A DNA stretch of 64,000 nt from Isurus oxyrinchus (lineage: Eukaryota): the NCBI GenBank assembly GCA_026770705.1, contig JANJGN010000008.1:158658001-158722000 (forward strand), read 5' to 3'. Every line of letters begins with the position of its first letter. The first letter of the stretch is position 1. Shown here in pieces: positions 36,591-50,199 of the stretch. The position numbers and the translations under genes were made by a program. Under the pieces are notes generated by a model. The model had not been told where the DNA came from. It saw only the letters and a list, made by a program, of their open reading frames with translations, and searched no databases.

Positions 36591-39500
36591 ATTCTGTCCA
36601 CATAAAAGTAGATCAGGCGAGTCTGATACTGGTGGGTTCCTGTCACCTACGAAATCTATAATCCCAGCATGTCAACACCTTCAAAACAGGTGGAAAAAAT
36701 GTTGCAAGAATAAATTATCAGTTCCCATACTGTTTTTGATACTTATAAGATGAAGATCACTTTTATTTAAACTTCTAACTCGAAGACTAGCATAAATCAA
36801 CAGGTCAATCCGCACAGATTGCTCACCATCAGCAGACAATCTCGTCTACACATTGTGCTCATAATGGAGCCCTGTGAAATGTTAAGTATAAAAGGGTAGA
36901 AAAGTGAATTTTCCAATTAGTGGACAGTGGGTTAAGAGTCTGTTTTCAAGCAACAGTTATCAACAGCTAAGCAATACAGGAAAATAACTAATTATAACTC
37001 AAACTTAGACTGTTTAACAAAAGTAGAATGACCCTAGTGTGTCTTCTTCGCCAGGGAACCCAACAGAACCAAATGACAATGTTAGGTTTCACTCAAAAGA
37101 AAATGGCCCAACTTGCCAGCTGACAGGAGCATCCTTAGCTAACAGGTGCTCAGTTTACACAAACCTCTTTTTGCTTATTGTACTAGGTAACAGCTGTTTA
37201 CTGCACCAGTTTCCCCCAAGCAATCCCCTGACACACAGAGGGAGACAAGTGAGTGTTTTGAATCGGGTCAAATTTAAATCGTTGTCTATTCTATTAGCTG
37301 CATCACAAGCTGTGATCTGACACATTACTACAGGCATTACATAAAAGGAAGTTATTGTCAGTAAACAGACCTTTCATAAAAATACCTTTCAAAAATAGAC
37401 CTTTTAATTAACATTAATCCTTTTGATGAGCATCATTGAAGAGCAGTTGGGACTACTCTTTGTACATAATGGTTTTGATTTTTTGCTAAAAGTGCTTCCC
37501 CTGCTCAGCTTTATAAGGGCACTTATTTCTGTACTGCTCTGTCCAGTTATAAGGTGCAGATAAACAAACATGAAGGGTTTTATCCAAAGATGGGAAAACA
37601 TTTGGAAAGATAAAGATCTTAATTCTCTCTCTTATTGTATAAGATGTCCAAAGCAGGCAGAAAGTTTGATATATCAAAATTTCCTGCCATTATGGATGAT
37701 ACTCACAATTCAATTAAAAAAGATAAAGTTATTTGTTGCAGTACTGAAGCACTTCCAAAGTTCATGCTGTGTAAAGGTACAGTGGCACAGCAAGGAAATA
37801 GAACTATTCTTTTTCTATTGACAGACTGACAAAATCAAATTCAACTGCCCCCTCCCCCCACCAAATGTTTTGCTATTTCTCTCCCAAGACAGTGGGGAAA
37901 ATTTTTCACTTCCCCAAGGACCACACCACCCCCCCCAAAAAAAATACAGCCTGGTTCACAGGCCACAGGCTCTAAGAACAGTCTCTTATTTCAGAAAACA
38001 ACACTGAGGTCCTGGAATGAGCAGCTTCTGTCGCCCAGGCCGTCTGCATGGTTACATTCCTCCTGACAACACTCCTCCTTAAAGGGGACCTGGTTCTATT
38101 CTTATACTATAATACAACCTTGGTCTGTGCTTACATCATACATGATATGTAATACATAGAATGCATGTTTTTCTGAAGGCTTTCACCCAGCTTATATCTT
38201 TCAGTTTTGCCTCATTGCTACAAGCTTTATTCCAAAAACCTTTTGTTGAGACAGTAACCACTAAAAAATTCGCTAACGTTGGCATTTCCTGAGTGGCTGT
38301 GTGTTAACGGTTTGGATGTGGCAGGAGTTAACAGATGACAGATTTCCATTCTTGAGAATCAGGAGCAATGCAGATAAATGGAGGGTCTGCAAGATGTGAG
38401 CTGGTCATCCTGCATTTGTGTTGTTTTCTGACATCAGTCAAAATTCTGAAGTTAATGGAAACCATCTGTGCTTATGTAATATGCAAGTCTGAATATCGAT
38501 TTTGTAGGTTTAGCTGGGGCCTCATTTTTGGGTGCTAACACAGCTTATAATCTTTTTAGCCTTTGCTTTTGTGCCAAGAGCTTTTTTATAATGAGTGTTT
38601 ATCCCGTTCCCAAGACCTGGGTGTTTTCATTCCCTGCCCATGCGTTTCAAAACTGTCTGTTGCTCATGTATAGAGACAAGATTAAAATTTCCCTTTCTCA
38701 TACATTTGCTCTGCAATAAAATATGCTAAATGCTTGGATTGATTGACTTTTTAAAATCATCGTAAGGCATTCTAGTAACAACGAAAACAAAGAAATCAGC
38801 ATTCACACTGGTGCAGAGGTAAGCTGTGAAGAATTGAATGTATAGCCCTGTCCTTCCCTGTCCTGCCACGCCTCAATCTGTAGTCTAAAGCCCAAACAGC
38901 ATGAAAGTGAGGCAGAAATAAAAGAAGCAAACCACAAGGAAAATTATTCGTCAATGTGGTATTTATCTGGTTTTTAGATTACTAATACTTTACAAATGTC
39001 AATACATCACAGTTTCAGGAAATCTATCCAAAATATATTAAAAAATCACATTGCATGCATTTCTTGTCCACAAATTCTTAGTTCCAGTTGTCATGTTTTG
39101 TCACAGTTTGTTAATTTATTTCCATCATAAATTCCCATGTGCACAGTTAAAACTGTCCATGTAAAGATGGTGTGCTGTAATACATTCTCCCACCAATCGT
39201 GGGGCTGTAGCAACTAAATATTGTGCTTCTGAGCGTCACAGCCTGCACTGCAAAGTCATTTCTATGCTCTGGTCAACTTTACCTCTCAGCTTCCTAAATA
39301 AGGATAGAAAGTATGACTTCAATACAGGAAAATGAATTATGTCTTGATGACCCATGTGTAATCAACTAATATAAAATGTAAATATTAAGGAAAATAAGGA
39401 TAGAATGTATGACTTGTAAAATATGGACTGCGTGCTTTGGTCTAATTATGTACACTTCTCAACTCTGCTTTATCTGAAGGGTAAAACTTGATTTTGATTC

Positions 39501-40084
39501 ATGTGCAACAAGACCAATTAGTGTTATAAAATATTTTTATATTTATACCTTCTCAATATGAATTTTAGGGAGGCTAATGCACTGGATTTTAAAATGGAGA
39601 TATGGTTGGTGGTCTTGCTGGAAATCCAATGCATAATATTGTCTAACAACAGACAGGGGCCAATTGCATGTGATTTTCGTAGCCACTGAAGAGGCAATAA
39701 TCGTAGTCAAAGTTTCCAGTAGGCTTTGTTTTAGGCTTGAGCCAGTAAACAGATCAGATAGAGAGGAAGATGCTTTTCTCTTCTCACTCCTCCTCAGGTG
39801 ATAGAAATAATTAGTATTCATCACCAGCCTGTTCAGAAACAGCTTGGGCTTTCTTCAGAAGTCCTCGCCCAGTATGAAAGATCTTCTTTGATCTGAGGTG
39901 TGATATGCTCCTTGGAGATGTATTTTTGTTGCTAGCTCTCCTAAGTTCTTGAATTCACTTAGCTCAATTGTAATTCTACAGTATGGTGGTGATGCAAAAC
40001 TCTACTTTCACTCAAAATTTGGATAAAACACTCAGCAAAAAATAAAAAAGGTTCTTAGGGATTTTTGAAAGTCTGTTCCTTTGT

Positions 40085-40490
40085 GTGAGCTTAGCTCAAT
40101 AATAGTACTCACCGCTCAGTTAAAAGGTTGAGAGTTTAAAGCCCTGGCCAAGACTTCAGTATATGGTCTCGGATGATGTTTCACTGCAATACTACACTGA
40201 GGGAAAGCTGCATTGGTGAAAATGCCATCCTTTATATGGGACATTAAATGTACAGGTGAAGGCAAAAGATCCCATGGTGCTATCTGAAGTAGGTAATTCT
40301 CCTAGTTCCTGTTTATCCTTCAGTCAAGATGATCAAAATAGTTTGGCTGGCTATCTATGCCACTTACTATTTGCAGGATATTGTTGTGCACAGATTGCCA
40401 TCATAACAGTACTACATTCAAATGTAATCCATTGGCTATGAATAACTTTGGCACATTCTGAGAATGTGAAGTGGGCTATACTTTATTTTG
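40085..40490 (+). mobile_element. DeuSINE (SacSINE1-like), degenerate
   Basis: tgccatcctttatatgggacattaaa...aaagatcccatggtgctatctgaag...attggctatgaataactttggcac. Aligns by eye with 228-675. Confidence 0.75.
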
Positions 40491-41289
40491 ATTTCAAGGA
40501 AACGGTGTCAAGTATCGCCGTATGTTAAAAACAGTGTTGCAGTTTATCTGCTGTATCTTGCTATTACATAAATTAAAGTCCTCTAGTGAATTTGGTTTGT
40601 AGTTTTAAATTGCATGGTAGGGTCTATCAGTACTATTTTTTTGTCAATTAACAGTGAATGACAGGTGGCTCTCACATCTTCCAATGCAAAATCACTTGGT
40701 AAGAGAGTCATTGTTGATACTGTGGTACACTCCAAGTATGAGGTTTAACAGTTTTGGCTTGTAGCAGACATTGGTCTATCTTTGGCAATTAACAGCTTTG
40801 TGGCTTTGAGCATGGAGAGAGAGCCAGGAAAGGACGCAAATTGTAATAGTATCATCAGGAGAATCACCAGTGTTTGCATTATCAATTGCAAAAAACTCAG
40901 TTGAAAAAATGTACAAAATATTTGTTTCCATCCTGCTCCTGCATAAATAGATTACAATTAATATAGTGAATAGAATAACTTACTCATCACAAGATATCAT
41001 TGCAGTTCTGACTTGTGAGTTTGTTATGGTTTTGGTGATTTTTATCATTCAAGATGCTTGTTCTGAGGAAATTAAATACTTTTATTTTGGGCACAGGGCA
41101 TCACCAATAATCTGGACAGATGCAAACTAAAACTCCATACACTCCATGCTTTAACCTGAGCCATCTTGAAATGTCCCCCACTGCTCCAATATGATTCCCT
41201 GTGGTTTCTCTGAGCATATGCCAATGTAGTGCTGGCTTGAGTCAAAATGTGGACAGTTTTTCTGCTGTGGAGTCATGCCCAGTCAGAAC

Positions 41290-41390
41290 AGAGAAAGAAG
41301 ATTTTGATCATGTAGGTCTAGACTGAACTTGAACCGAAGTAATCCAGGAGGTGAAAGAACACCACGCCAACCCACTGTGCTACCCAGTTC
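41290..41390 (-). mobile_element. tRNA-derived SINE head remnant
   Basis: Reverse B-box-like acttgaacc and A-box-like cccactgtgctacccag. Confidence 0.4.
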
Positions 41391-42711
41391 TTGACACTTA
41401 TGAATTATGAGTTCTTCCTTTTGGAAGATTAAGGCAATAATACATTTGTTCAGTGTTTACTGTTAGAATCAGATAGCCAGGCAGTGAAGGAAAGAACACT
41501 GCAGCCCACTCTTTGTACACTCAGAAGCTTCAATTGACACATGACACAAGCTGAATACTGTGCATCTCCAATCATCAACCTTCTTTCAGCCTGCTCCAAT
41601 TTATATGAGCATAAGGTGAGTCCCCAGTTAATAGTTACCACCTGAATACAATTAATACCCAATTGATACACACTTAACAACAACCGCTGAAAAGTAGAAA
41701 CAACTTATAAAGCAAATTTAGAATGGATCTGTAGAGTATATCCTCAATGGAATGAAAATCCAAATTGCATGCAGAAAAACAACAGTGTCACAGCAACAGC
41801 TAACTAGTAGATCCATCACTATGGCATAATCTTGTGCATAAAGTATATATGTTAGCTGGAGCACACACTCATTCTGACGAAAACTGGAAAAGTACCAAGC
41901 ATTCAGAGTCCCTGTACAACAAGACCATGCTAACAAGTGTCATAACACATTCTTACAGTGTGGAGGTGGCTGGACATAACATGGAAGATGGTATTAAGCA
42001 CTTCACCTAGCATCAGGTTAGCAATATCTAGGGAAAGGAAAGTAGCCTGTATGTACTTCATTCAGTAACAAAACAACTTGCCAGCAATTTCTCCTGTTCT
42101 GCCATTGTAAGTTTGGCAGTAGTTTGGAAGAAACTCCATTTGTACAACTGAGGTTTCTGCCAAAATCATGGCAGCAGAGGAACAGAAGCCCCAAGAAACA
42201 ACACTCCTTTGATCCTGAAGCATGTAACATTACAATATAGTACATGGAACAAAAATAGACTCCTTGCCATCAATTTAGACTTCTGAAAGCACCAGACAAG
42301 CAACATTTACAACTGCACTGTTGTGTAAACATTGTACAGTTCCAGAACAACTAACCTAAGGTTTCAGTGTATATTTAAGTTAATCGTCACATAAAGGTAA
42401 CACAATCTTATTTGAATAGTACAGATAATGCAAGAAAGATAACAATGCAAAATTCATAATTTTGTTGGGAGCTCTGCTTCATTTTTGTTTCTAGCATTGA
42501 AATTGAGGTCAGAAATAACAAATCAGCTGCTGTAATCACAGTCTTATTGTAAGCTCTGGCCCTTACAGGTAACTAGAAAACCACAAAATGCATAACATGT
42601 ACACACATATAGATACAGACATATATATTACATATAGACATAAATACACAAGCTTTGATATTTTAATTAGTTACTTAACAATTAAAAAAAAAGCAGAGTC
42701 ATGGCCCTCAC

Positions 42712-42895
42712 CTTTTTACCCTTGGTTTGAAATTCTTCTTCTGTTGATTGGTCATTATTGTGCTACTTAGGTTCTGTGGGGCATCTCGGAGCCCAAAGCT
42801 CTTGGCAACGTGTCCAAGATGAAGTGCCTTCACATGGAAGAAATGCTTTAGGTTTGTTGGATATGTGGCATATGCTCGAATGAATGACTGCAATG
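42712..42895 (-). CDS. DDX31: DEAD-box helicase 31, penultimate exon (C-terminal extension, DUF4217-type)
   Basis: ttcag|(A)[42 protein letters not shown]...KPRVK(R)|gtgag. Hallmark DDX31/Dbp7 motif [16 protein letters not shown]. 184 nt, phases 1 and 2 are consistent with neighbours. Confidence 0.95.
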
Positions 42896-43929
42896 CTGAA
42901 AAATTTTAAAAATACGAATAGGAATTAACCACATTCTGGTAGCAATTATACATGGAAAATGAAAATAAAATACACTATTGACATGTGTTTTAAGGGAGTT
43001 GGAAGTTTTTATGTTACTATTCTACACTTCTGTTTGTGATAGAAAAAAAAAGTTGTGCCAACTTAATAATGATTTAAGGTATTGCACAGAGTAGTTCCAA
43101 GGGATCTAAAATTATCTTCTAAAAATTGCAATGTGTGAAAATTATGAAGCAAGTTGTTACTAACGAATTTTTGAAGCACCTCCTTCACATAAAGTGGAAA
43201 AGTGAACTAAGTTGTGGTTTGCTACAGTATTGCAGACACTAAGTTTAGTGAGTCTGTGATAACATGCTCTGCTACTGATGTATCATGAATAGTAAATCTA
43301 ATGCTTGATTACAAATACAAATCTGGTGTGCTGAATTGGTATTTGTGACATCAGACCAGGTTAATCTTTAGTAATGAAGTTTGGTACAGTCACATTACTA
43401 ACACCAAAATTATCAATGTATTGGATTAGTCAAGGAGTAGGACATAAACTCGCACTTTTTTTGTTGGAGAACATTCAAATCTGATGCTGTTTTAAGGATT
43501 GCAATGTACATCTAAATTATTCGAAAGCCAATGGTCATGTCACTGGAATGGCAATTAGAAGGACAGCCCCTCCACTCTCAGTTAGAAGGTAAATTTATCA
43601 TTGCCCTCATTCTGCAGTAAAAATAACAGTGAGGCTATCAACTCTCATCATTATTAAAATGTAAATTGGACAGTAACTTCTGGTGACCGAACATAGTCCC
43701 AGTAAATGTAGAAATTAAGCAGCCGTTGACTATGTTGCCTTGCTCCTGCAGAAGCTGCGTTATACTGGTATCTCAGAATGATGTGCCATTGAAACACGTG
43801 AAATAGTAGGAAACTGCTGTACTCGCGTGATGGATATAGGCTAAACTTGTCAGAAAAAGTTTGGCTCGTCCATTCAACTATAGATATATTTGTAACATTG
43901 TGTTAAGTCTTAATTCTCTCTCTCTCTCC

Positions 43930-44103
43930 ATGTAGTATCCTTACTGCCAGAGGGCTGCTTAAGGCTCATGCCACGATATCAGTTTGGGGCAAGACGAGAA
44001 GGCAGGCCCCAAGAACCACCAGAGTTGGTATGGGAATTGAACCTACTCTGTTGATGTTATTCTGCACTGCATACTAGCCATCTAGTCAAATGAGCTAACC
44101 GAC
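43930..44103 (-). mobile_element. tRNA-derived SINE
   Basis: Reverse complement reads gtcggttagctcatttgactagatggctag...gtaggttcaattcccatacc, with A and B boxes. Confidence 0.6.
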
Positions 44104-45559
44104 ACATGCTGTTTTAATTACAGCGAATAACCACCCTAGCACTGAAAATTAAAGTCTGCGTGTGGAGTCTCATTCCTTCAATAACTATTCTAAATGACAC
44201 TTCCTGGTCCAGACTCTGTACACCTCTAAGAATATTTCAATCTGATGGGTTAAGGAAGTGCACAGTTGCTTGCCCGATTCACATAGCTCCCAGACCCCCA
44301 AAGAGGGCGCTATGTCAAAATACCTCTCAAAGCACAGCAAGTTCCAGTGCAAACCCCATAGAAAGTCTGGACAAATATAAAGTGTAATGAACGGCTGGTG
44401 CCATTAATTCACCGCTGACTGCAAAATCTGGGCCAATATATTTAAAATCTGCAGCATCACCACCAGCAGGAAGGTGCAATTACACAGTCTGAATTTAAAA
44501 TCTGGACATAAATTATTTCTTTATATTGCTATTTTAAATTCTATGACTTTAAAATAGGAACTGAATTCTATCTGCATGCCCTGGTCCAAATATCCTCTGG
44601 TCTTAAACCTGCTTAACCTGAAATTTTTATTTGGTCTTGACCAGTTTGCAACACCAAAGGAGATATATTAGTTACTAATTAGGTTGGTGTGTCATTCCAC
44701 AAGAGAACTTACTGAACAAGGAAACTGATTTAAAAGCCAGAAAAACACAAAGAAAAAGTGGGCAGGACATTTCTTTGCACCAAAAAAAATAAAGAGCAAG
44801 TTATTTCCATCTTCAACTGTCTCCTTTTGGATTGCCTGCAGTTAAGGATCAATGAGAAGGATTCACAGTCTACTCACTCTGAATCCAACGATGCAAGTAC
44901 TTTAACTCTTTGCAGTGCTCAACTCCTCCCAGAGTATTTGATGCATGGCTTTTACAAGGCAGAAACTTCATAAATTGTAGATTAATAAATATTAGAAACT
45001 ATAAGCAAGGGAACATCAAACATTGCTAGTCTTTTTTTAAAAAATGGTTTACTCAAAATAAACAAAAAACATACATGAGACTAAGTACTACCAATGGATA
45101 AGAATAAAGTGCAAGATATTGGACTTGGTAGTGCTCGTTTTTTTTAGGCACTAGAAGTGCCTTAAGAGTTCTAAAATGGCAATTGTTGCTCACATGCACA
45201 CAGCTGTCATGTGAATTGCACTCAATGTTATCTTGGTGCAGCCATTAGCACTCTTGCAGTGAATGCCCACCACGGTATGGAGAGCAGGCAGATCATGACT
45301 TCAATCAGCATGCAACGCTCTCTCATAAGATCGCAGAGCTGAATATGTGTTGAGCAACAGTAAGAATTCCCCCACTAGTGCTATATAAAAGGATCAACCA
45401 TGTACTGATTAGCTGATGGCAGAGGCTACAATTCCACTTGTTTTTGTTGATTCCCATAGTTGTCTCAAGGGTCTACATAGGGAGTTGGGTGGCAGATGCT
45501 GGAAGTACTTTTTTGATGACTTCAAAGCTTCTGCACAAACTAGTTGCTCACAGACATGG

Positions 45560-46350
45560 AGAGAAGAACTCTTAGCAGGAAACCGTACCTGCCCAGGGTA
45601 TTCAAAGAGTAATTCTTCTACACGTATCTCAGGGAGAAACAACGTGAGATGTCTGCGCTTCATTGAGGTCCTCACTGAAATTTGCCAACTGCTGCAATCA
45701 CAACTCTAACCTCAGACCAGGACAAGGACTGCACTGCATTAAAGGTAAATGTGTTGATGGGCTTTTATGTGTTTCAGTCCTTCCCAGCTGGTACCGAAGA
45801 TATAAGCAATATCTTGCAGTTTGCCATGAACTGCTGCATAAAAGAGGTCACTAAGGCTTTCTAATAAAAGACAGCCAACTTCATTTAAATCTCTCTTGCC
45901 AGAGACAAACAGGTGGAATGAGGACGAGGGTTTGCTTGGATTGCGGGTGTCCCCATTGTGCAGGGAGCAATTGATTGCACAGACATTGCATTGCAGGTGT
46001 TGCATGCCAACTCTGCCATGTATCAGAATCAAACAGGATTCCACTCACTCAATGTCCAGCTGGTGTATGGCCATAGGCAGCCCATCATGCAGGTCAATGC
46101 ACGATATCCTGGCAGTAATCATGATACCTTCATTCTGCAACAGTCTCTATGGCAAACCAAAAAGGGTAGCTAGTGGTGACAACATGACTCGTGTGGCTCT
46201 GGTACGCAACCATGAAAATAATGAAAACCGTGCTTCCACGAAGAATGAGAGAGCAGACCATTAGCTGAAACAATTCCGTGGCTCTGAGCACTTTGGAAGT
46301 CATTGCTAAATGGATCTCAAAATTTCTGATGGTATGCTGCATGCTGCCCA
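45560..46350 (+). pseudogene. Harbinger (HARBI1-like, DDE_Tnp_4) transposase pseudogene
   Basis: VQGAIDCTDIAL...YQNQTGFHSLNVQLV...VNARYPGSNHDTFIL are HARBI1-family motifs (GAIDCTH, GFHSLNVQ, PGSxHD). Frameshifts and stops present. Confidence 0.85.
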
Positions 46351-47792
46351 GCCTTGCCATCAAGAGGGAACAACCCTTGCCACGAAAAACCAGGCAAAAA
46401 TGCAGGAGGAGGAAAAAAAAAAAGAGGTGGAAAAGGAAGGGAGGTGGCAACCTAGATAGCCTCTTTCTGCCTGGGCTATATGTGAAGAACTAATTTGAGT
46501 GAGATAGCAGTAACCACAAACTAAATTCTCCATAAGTACCCCAATCTTTCCCTTTTCTCTGTCACTGATTATCACATCAACCTCATAGCAATAAGGCAAA
46601 AAAAGCCACCACAAAATAAATATTTTAAGCCATGTTTATCAACAAAATTATGCCATAAAGAATACACAAGGGTGATTAGTTTAAGTCTTCCATGTGCCTT
46701 TGCCTGTCCTAATGTCCACATAGCATTAACCCAGGGATTGCACCATGGCTGGTGAGGCTGCTGACTTTCAGTGGAGGAGACTGTGGATGGCCTTGGAGGA
46801 TGACCTCAAACAGTCCTCCACCTGGAAGGCCCAGACTGCACATCTCAGTGACAGCAGTAGCAAGGACACAGGCACAATGGCAGGGGTGGGAAGGATGAAT
46901 GCTGTCAATCTGAGGGGGGACAGCAAGCTCATGCTCCATGGAGCCTGCTACTCCCTCAGGGAAACGCCTCAGCAATCCCAGTGATCTGTTGGGAGGACGG
47001 ACTGCTGGGTTGCTCTGATACCCTGCAAGCCCCTTGAACACTGGCAACCACAGTAATGACTGCAGTAGTCCAAACCTGAACGAGAACAGTCTGAGCTTGG
47101 GCACTCAAAAACTTGTGGAGGAAGCTGCAATGGAAGTCAAGACATCATCTGTTAGACACTGTGTCATGGTTGGATGTTGGAGTTGATCATCACTTCCACA
47201 CGGGAAAGGATGGGCTTTAAATTTTGTGCAAAGCCCTGTGGAAAGCTGGTGCTGGACTCCTCTATGCTGCTTGGCATTGAATGCAGGATTTCTGGTAGGC
47301 TTCCAGTGCACCAAGCATTTTGCTGTGTACATCCATCAGTTTTCTTCTGTTGCCTACCCAAAGTTGTCATCAGAATCCTCTGAACAGTACTCATGTGCAA
47401 ACTTGCCCTCCAGCTGGCACATCATGCCCTTGTGCTCAATGTCTTACCAAGGCAGACCCCAGCTCTAATCTATCCTGCAAGTTAGAAGCAGTGTTAGCAT
47501 TTGAGATGGTAGCTGCAAATGTGAAATCGAGTGATGGTGCGTTTTCATCCTCACTCTCTCCTTGATCTTCCTCCACTGCCTGCCGGATTACACTTGCTGA
47601 GTATTTGAAAAGAAAAAGATACAAGGCAAAGAGAGGGGAGGAGAAGGGTGAAAGTAAGAGGTGCACGTTTATGCTATGAGTAGCTTGTAAATCAGAAGAA
47701 ATTGTGCAATGAGGAAGAAGGAGAATTAGTATGAGGATGTTATTATCTTCAATGGTAAGTGAGTGGTGGTGTGTGGCAATTTTTACACTGTC

Positions 47793-48123
47793 ATGAGATG
47801 TGGGCATCGCTGGTTAAGCCAACATTTATTGCCCGTCTCAAATTGGCCTTGCTCAGAGAGCATTTAAGAGTCAACCACATTGCTGTGGGTCTGGAGTCAC
47901 ATGTAGGTAGACCAGGTAAGGGTGGCAGATTTCTTTCCCTAAAGGACATTAGTGAACCAGATGGGTTTTTATGACAATTGGCAATGGTTTTGTGGTCCTT
48001 TTTTTTAAAATTTGAATTCAAGTTTTTATCATCTACCGTGGTGGGATTTGAACCCATGTCCCCAGAGCATTACTCTGGGTCTCTGGATTACCAGTCCAAT
48101 GATAAATACCACTATGCCACCGC
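47793..48123 (-). mobile_element. tRNA-derived SINE nested in the Harbinger element
   Basis: Reverse reads ggtggcatagtggtattt...gggttcaaatcccaccacgg (A/B boxes). Its 3' tail gggcaataaatgttggcttaaccagcgatgcccacatc matches the LINE end at ~61165-61220. Confidence 0.8.
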
Positions 48124-48195
48124 AGTGCGGTGAGCAGTGACTTAAACTGGTTGTGTGGTTGGGTGGATACGGCATTTCAAAATGCATTTACTCAC

Positions 48196-48418
48196 CTTGA
48201 CTACTCACTTGGGGACATTAAACTTGTTGCAGTACTGCATTCAGGTCCTCAGAGTTAGACTCCTGGCACTGACCTCTGTGGCTATCTGCTTCCACTGTCT
48301 TTACATTGTTCCTGGAGGGCCTCCTGCCCCCTGCAGATACAGGACGGCTCTTTTAGGTTTCACTACATCCACCAAGACCTCCAGTTATTCGTTAGAAAAC
48401 CTGGATGCCTGCACTCTC
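48196..48418 (-). pseudogene. Harbinger Myb/SANT-like (trihelix) DNA-binding protein pseudo-exon
   Basis: Minus strand: ASRFSNE*LEVLVDVV...QWKQIATEVSARSLTLRT*MQYCNKFN...VVK|gtgagt. Trihelix pattern with in-frame stops and a splice donor. Confidence 0.75.
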
Positions 48419-49433
48419 TTATCTTCAGCTATTCTTCTATCATTCTCAGGTCAGATTCAGCTCATGCACGTCTCCCTTTGCCAGCTCCAGCCACAATGCA
48501 CTTCCCCACTGAGAAGTGTAGGTTAGTTTAAAGCAGTGCAGGCTAACTTTAATTAATGGTAGCAAGCATTGATTTTGGGCCTCTGTTGATGCTTGCAACC
48601 AAAAAGCATCTTTAGTTCTAGTTGCACGCAGATATCAGGCAAATTATCAGGCTGCATGAAGATGGTGTGCACCTGCATTACATCAAACAGGCACAGGTTA
48701 ATCGCGCATCACTATCCCCATGCCCATTTTCGGGGGCTATCCAATTTAATCCAAAGTCTTTTCACCTCTGGCACGTGAGTTTGAACTGCTACTAAGCTAA
48801 TGGAATCAAAGTCTTCTTTCCTGGATTCTGTAAAAGTTTTATATGAGTAGGTCAATATCTGAAGGGGATGGAGAAAGGGGCACAAATCTGTCCACAATTC
48901 AATATTGTTATTCAGACAGGCCACCTGGATGGTTGGTGTGTGAAGTGGAAAATCTATACTAGTACAGCAAAAATGATGTCCTGACATTGGAGTTTATACC
49001 AATGTTGGGCCAGAATAGAAAAACATCCTTTTTCTGCCTCTAACCTGTGCTACACTGGATATAAAAATACTTATTACTTGGAACTAGGTGATAGAATGAT
49101 CCATTGCACAGAAAAGAGCATCCCTCACTTGATGAACACAAATATCTCTTCTACAAAACACAGTTGGGAGTTGAGTGGAAAAACTAGTGTTGGGGAGGGG
49201 CTGTAAAGTGGCTGACTATGAGCTCCTTCTGAATGGAAGAAATTCTAGCAAGTCCATATTACAGTTAAACTGTGAATATTCAGAATAGAAACACCCAATG
49301 CACATAAAATGGAAAATCAATTCCAATATATTCGATAGTAACAGACATCCAGAGATCAAAACACAGCAAACAAGACAGTCTAGTATCCCTCTAAAAGGAA
49401 ATGTGATAATTACTTAAACTGAAATATGAGATA

Positions 49434-49511
49434 GAATATAAATTAATACTGAAATACCTTGTTTAAAATCGAATATAAATGAATACTGAAATACCTTGTT
49501 TAAAATCGAAT
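49434..49511 (+). repeat. 37-bp tandem duplication
   Basis: gaatataaat(t/g)aatactgaaataccttgtttaaaatc twice, with one mismatch. Confidence 0.95.
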
Positions 49512-50199
49512 CTAAACAGTAGAGTTAGAAAAATGCAATTGAAAAAAAAGAGACAATGAACTGCTGTCAAAACATTTTCTGCTGTGGCGAACTTCAACTG
49601 AAAACCTGTTTGCACAAAGTTTAAATATAATTGAGTGGGAACAGCCAGTCAGTGTTTATGAACAGTAATAAAATGTGTCATCTTATGGATTTGTGGCTGA
49701 CAGGACCTAGGGAATATTTTAAAGCTCTGTTTACAAGGAAAAGTGCGCTTATTTCAGATCAATACCATCTGAGTTAAAGCTGCAATGCCTTCTAAGCACT
49801 TAAATAATTCATTCACCTTTTTATCGCACACATGCACTCTTTAAGATGAGGGATGGCCAGAATGAGAAATGAAGCATTTTCCCCAGTCAGATTTTACACA
49901 CAGGCAGAGGACACATCAAATTTACTCTGAATTCAACATTTCCTCCCTTTGCAGCAAATGATTTACATGGACCTGGTTTAGGCTGCCATTATTTCAGCTT
50001 AAAGATAAGTCCCTACAATAGCCAAGTCAGTAAATACATTGCTTTGTGCAGAACTGAATCATTCAGAGCAGGAAGATCTTCGATCTCATTCCTGATTTGT
50101 GCAGCTGAGCATAGCCAGGGCAGAAGGAATTTTGGACTTAACCTCAGTGTCTGAGATGACTGGGGGTGTGCAGGGAATAAAAGGGAAGGGGGGAAAAAG

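Larger units (their letters stand above)
45120..48755. mobile_element. Decayed PIF/Harbinger DNA transposon (boundaries approximate)
   Basis: Convergent transposase remnant (+) and Myb/SANT remnant (-), the diagnostic two-gene Harbinger layout. Confidence 0.8.
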
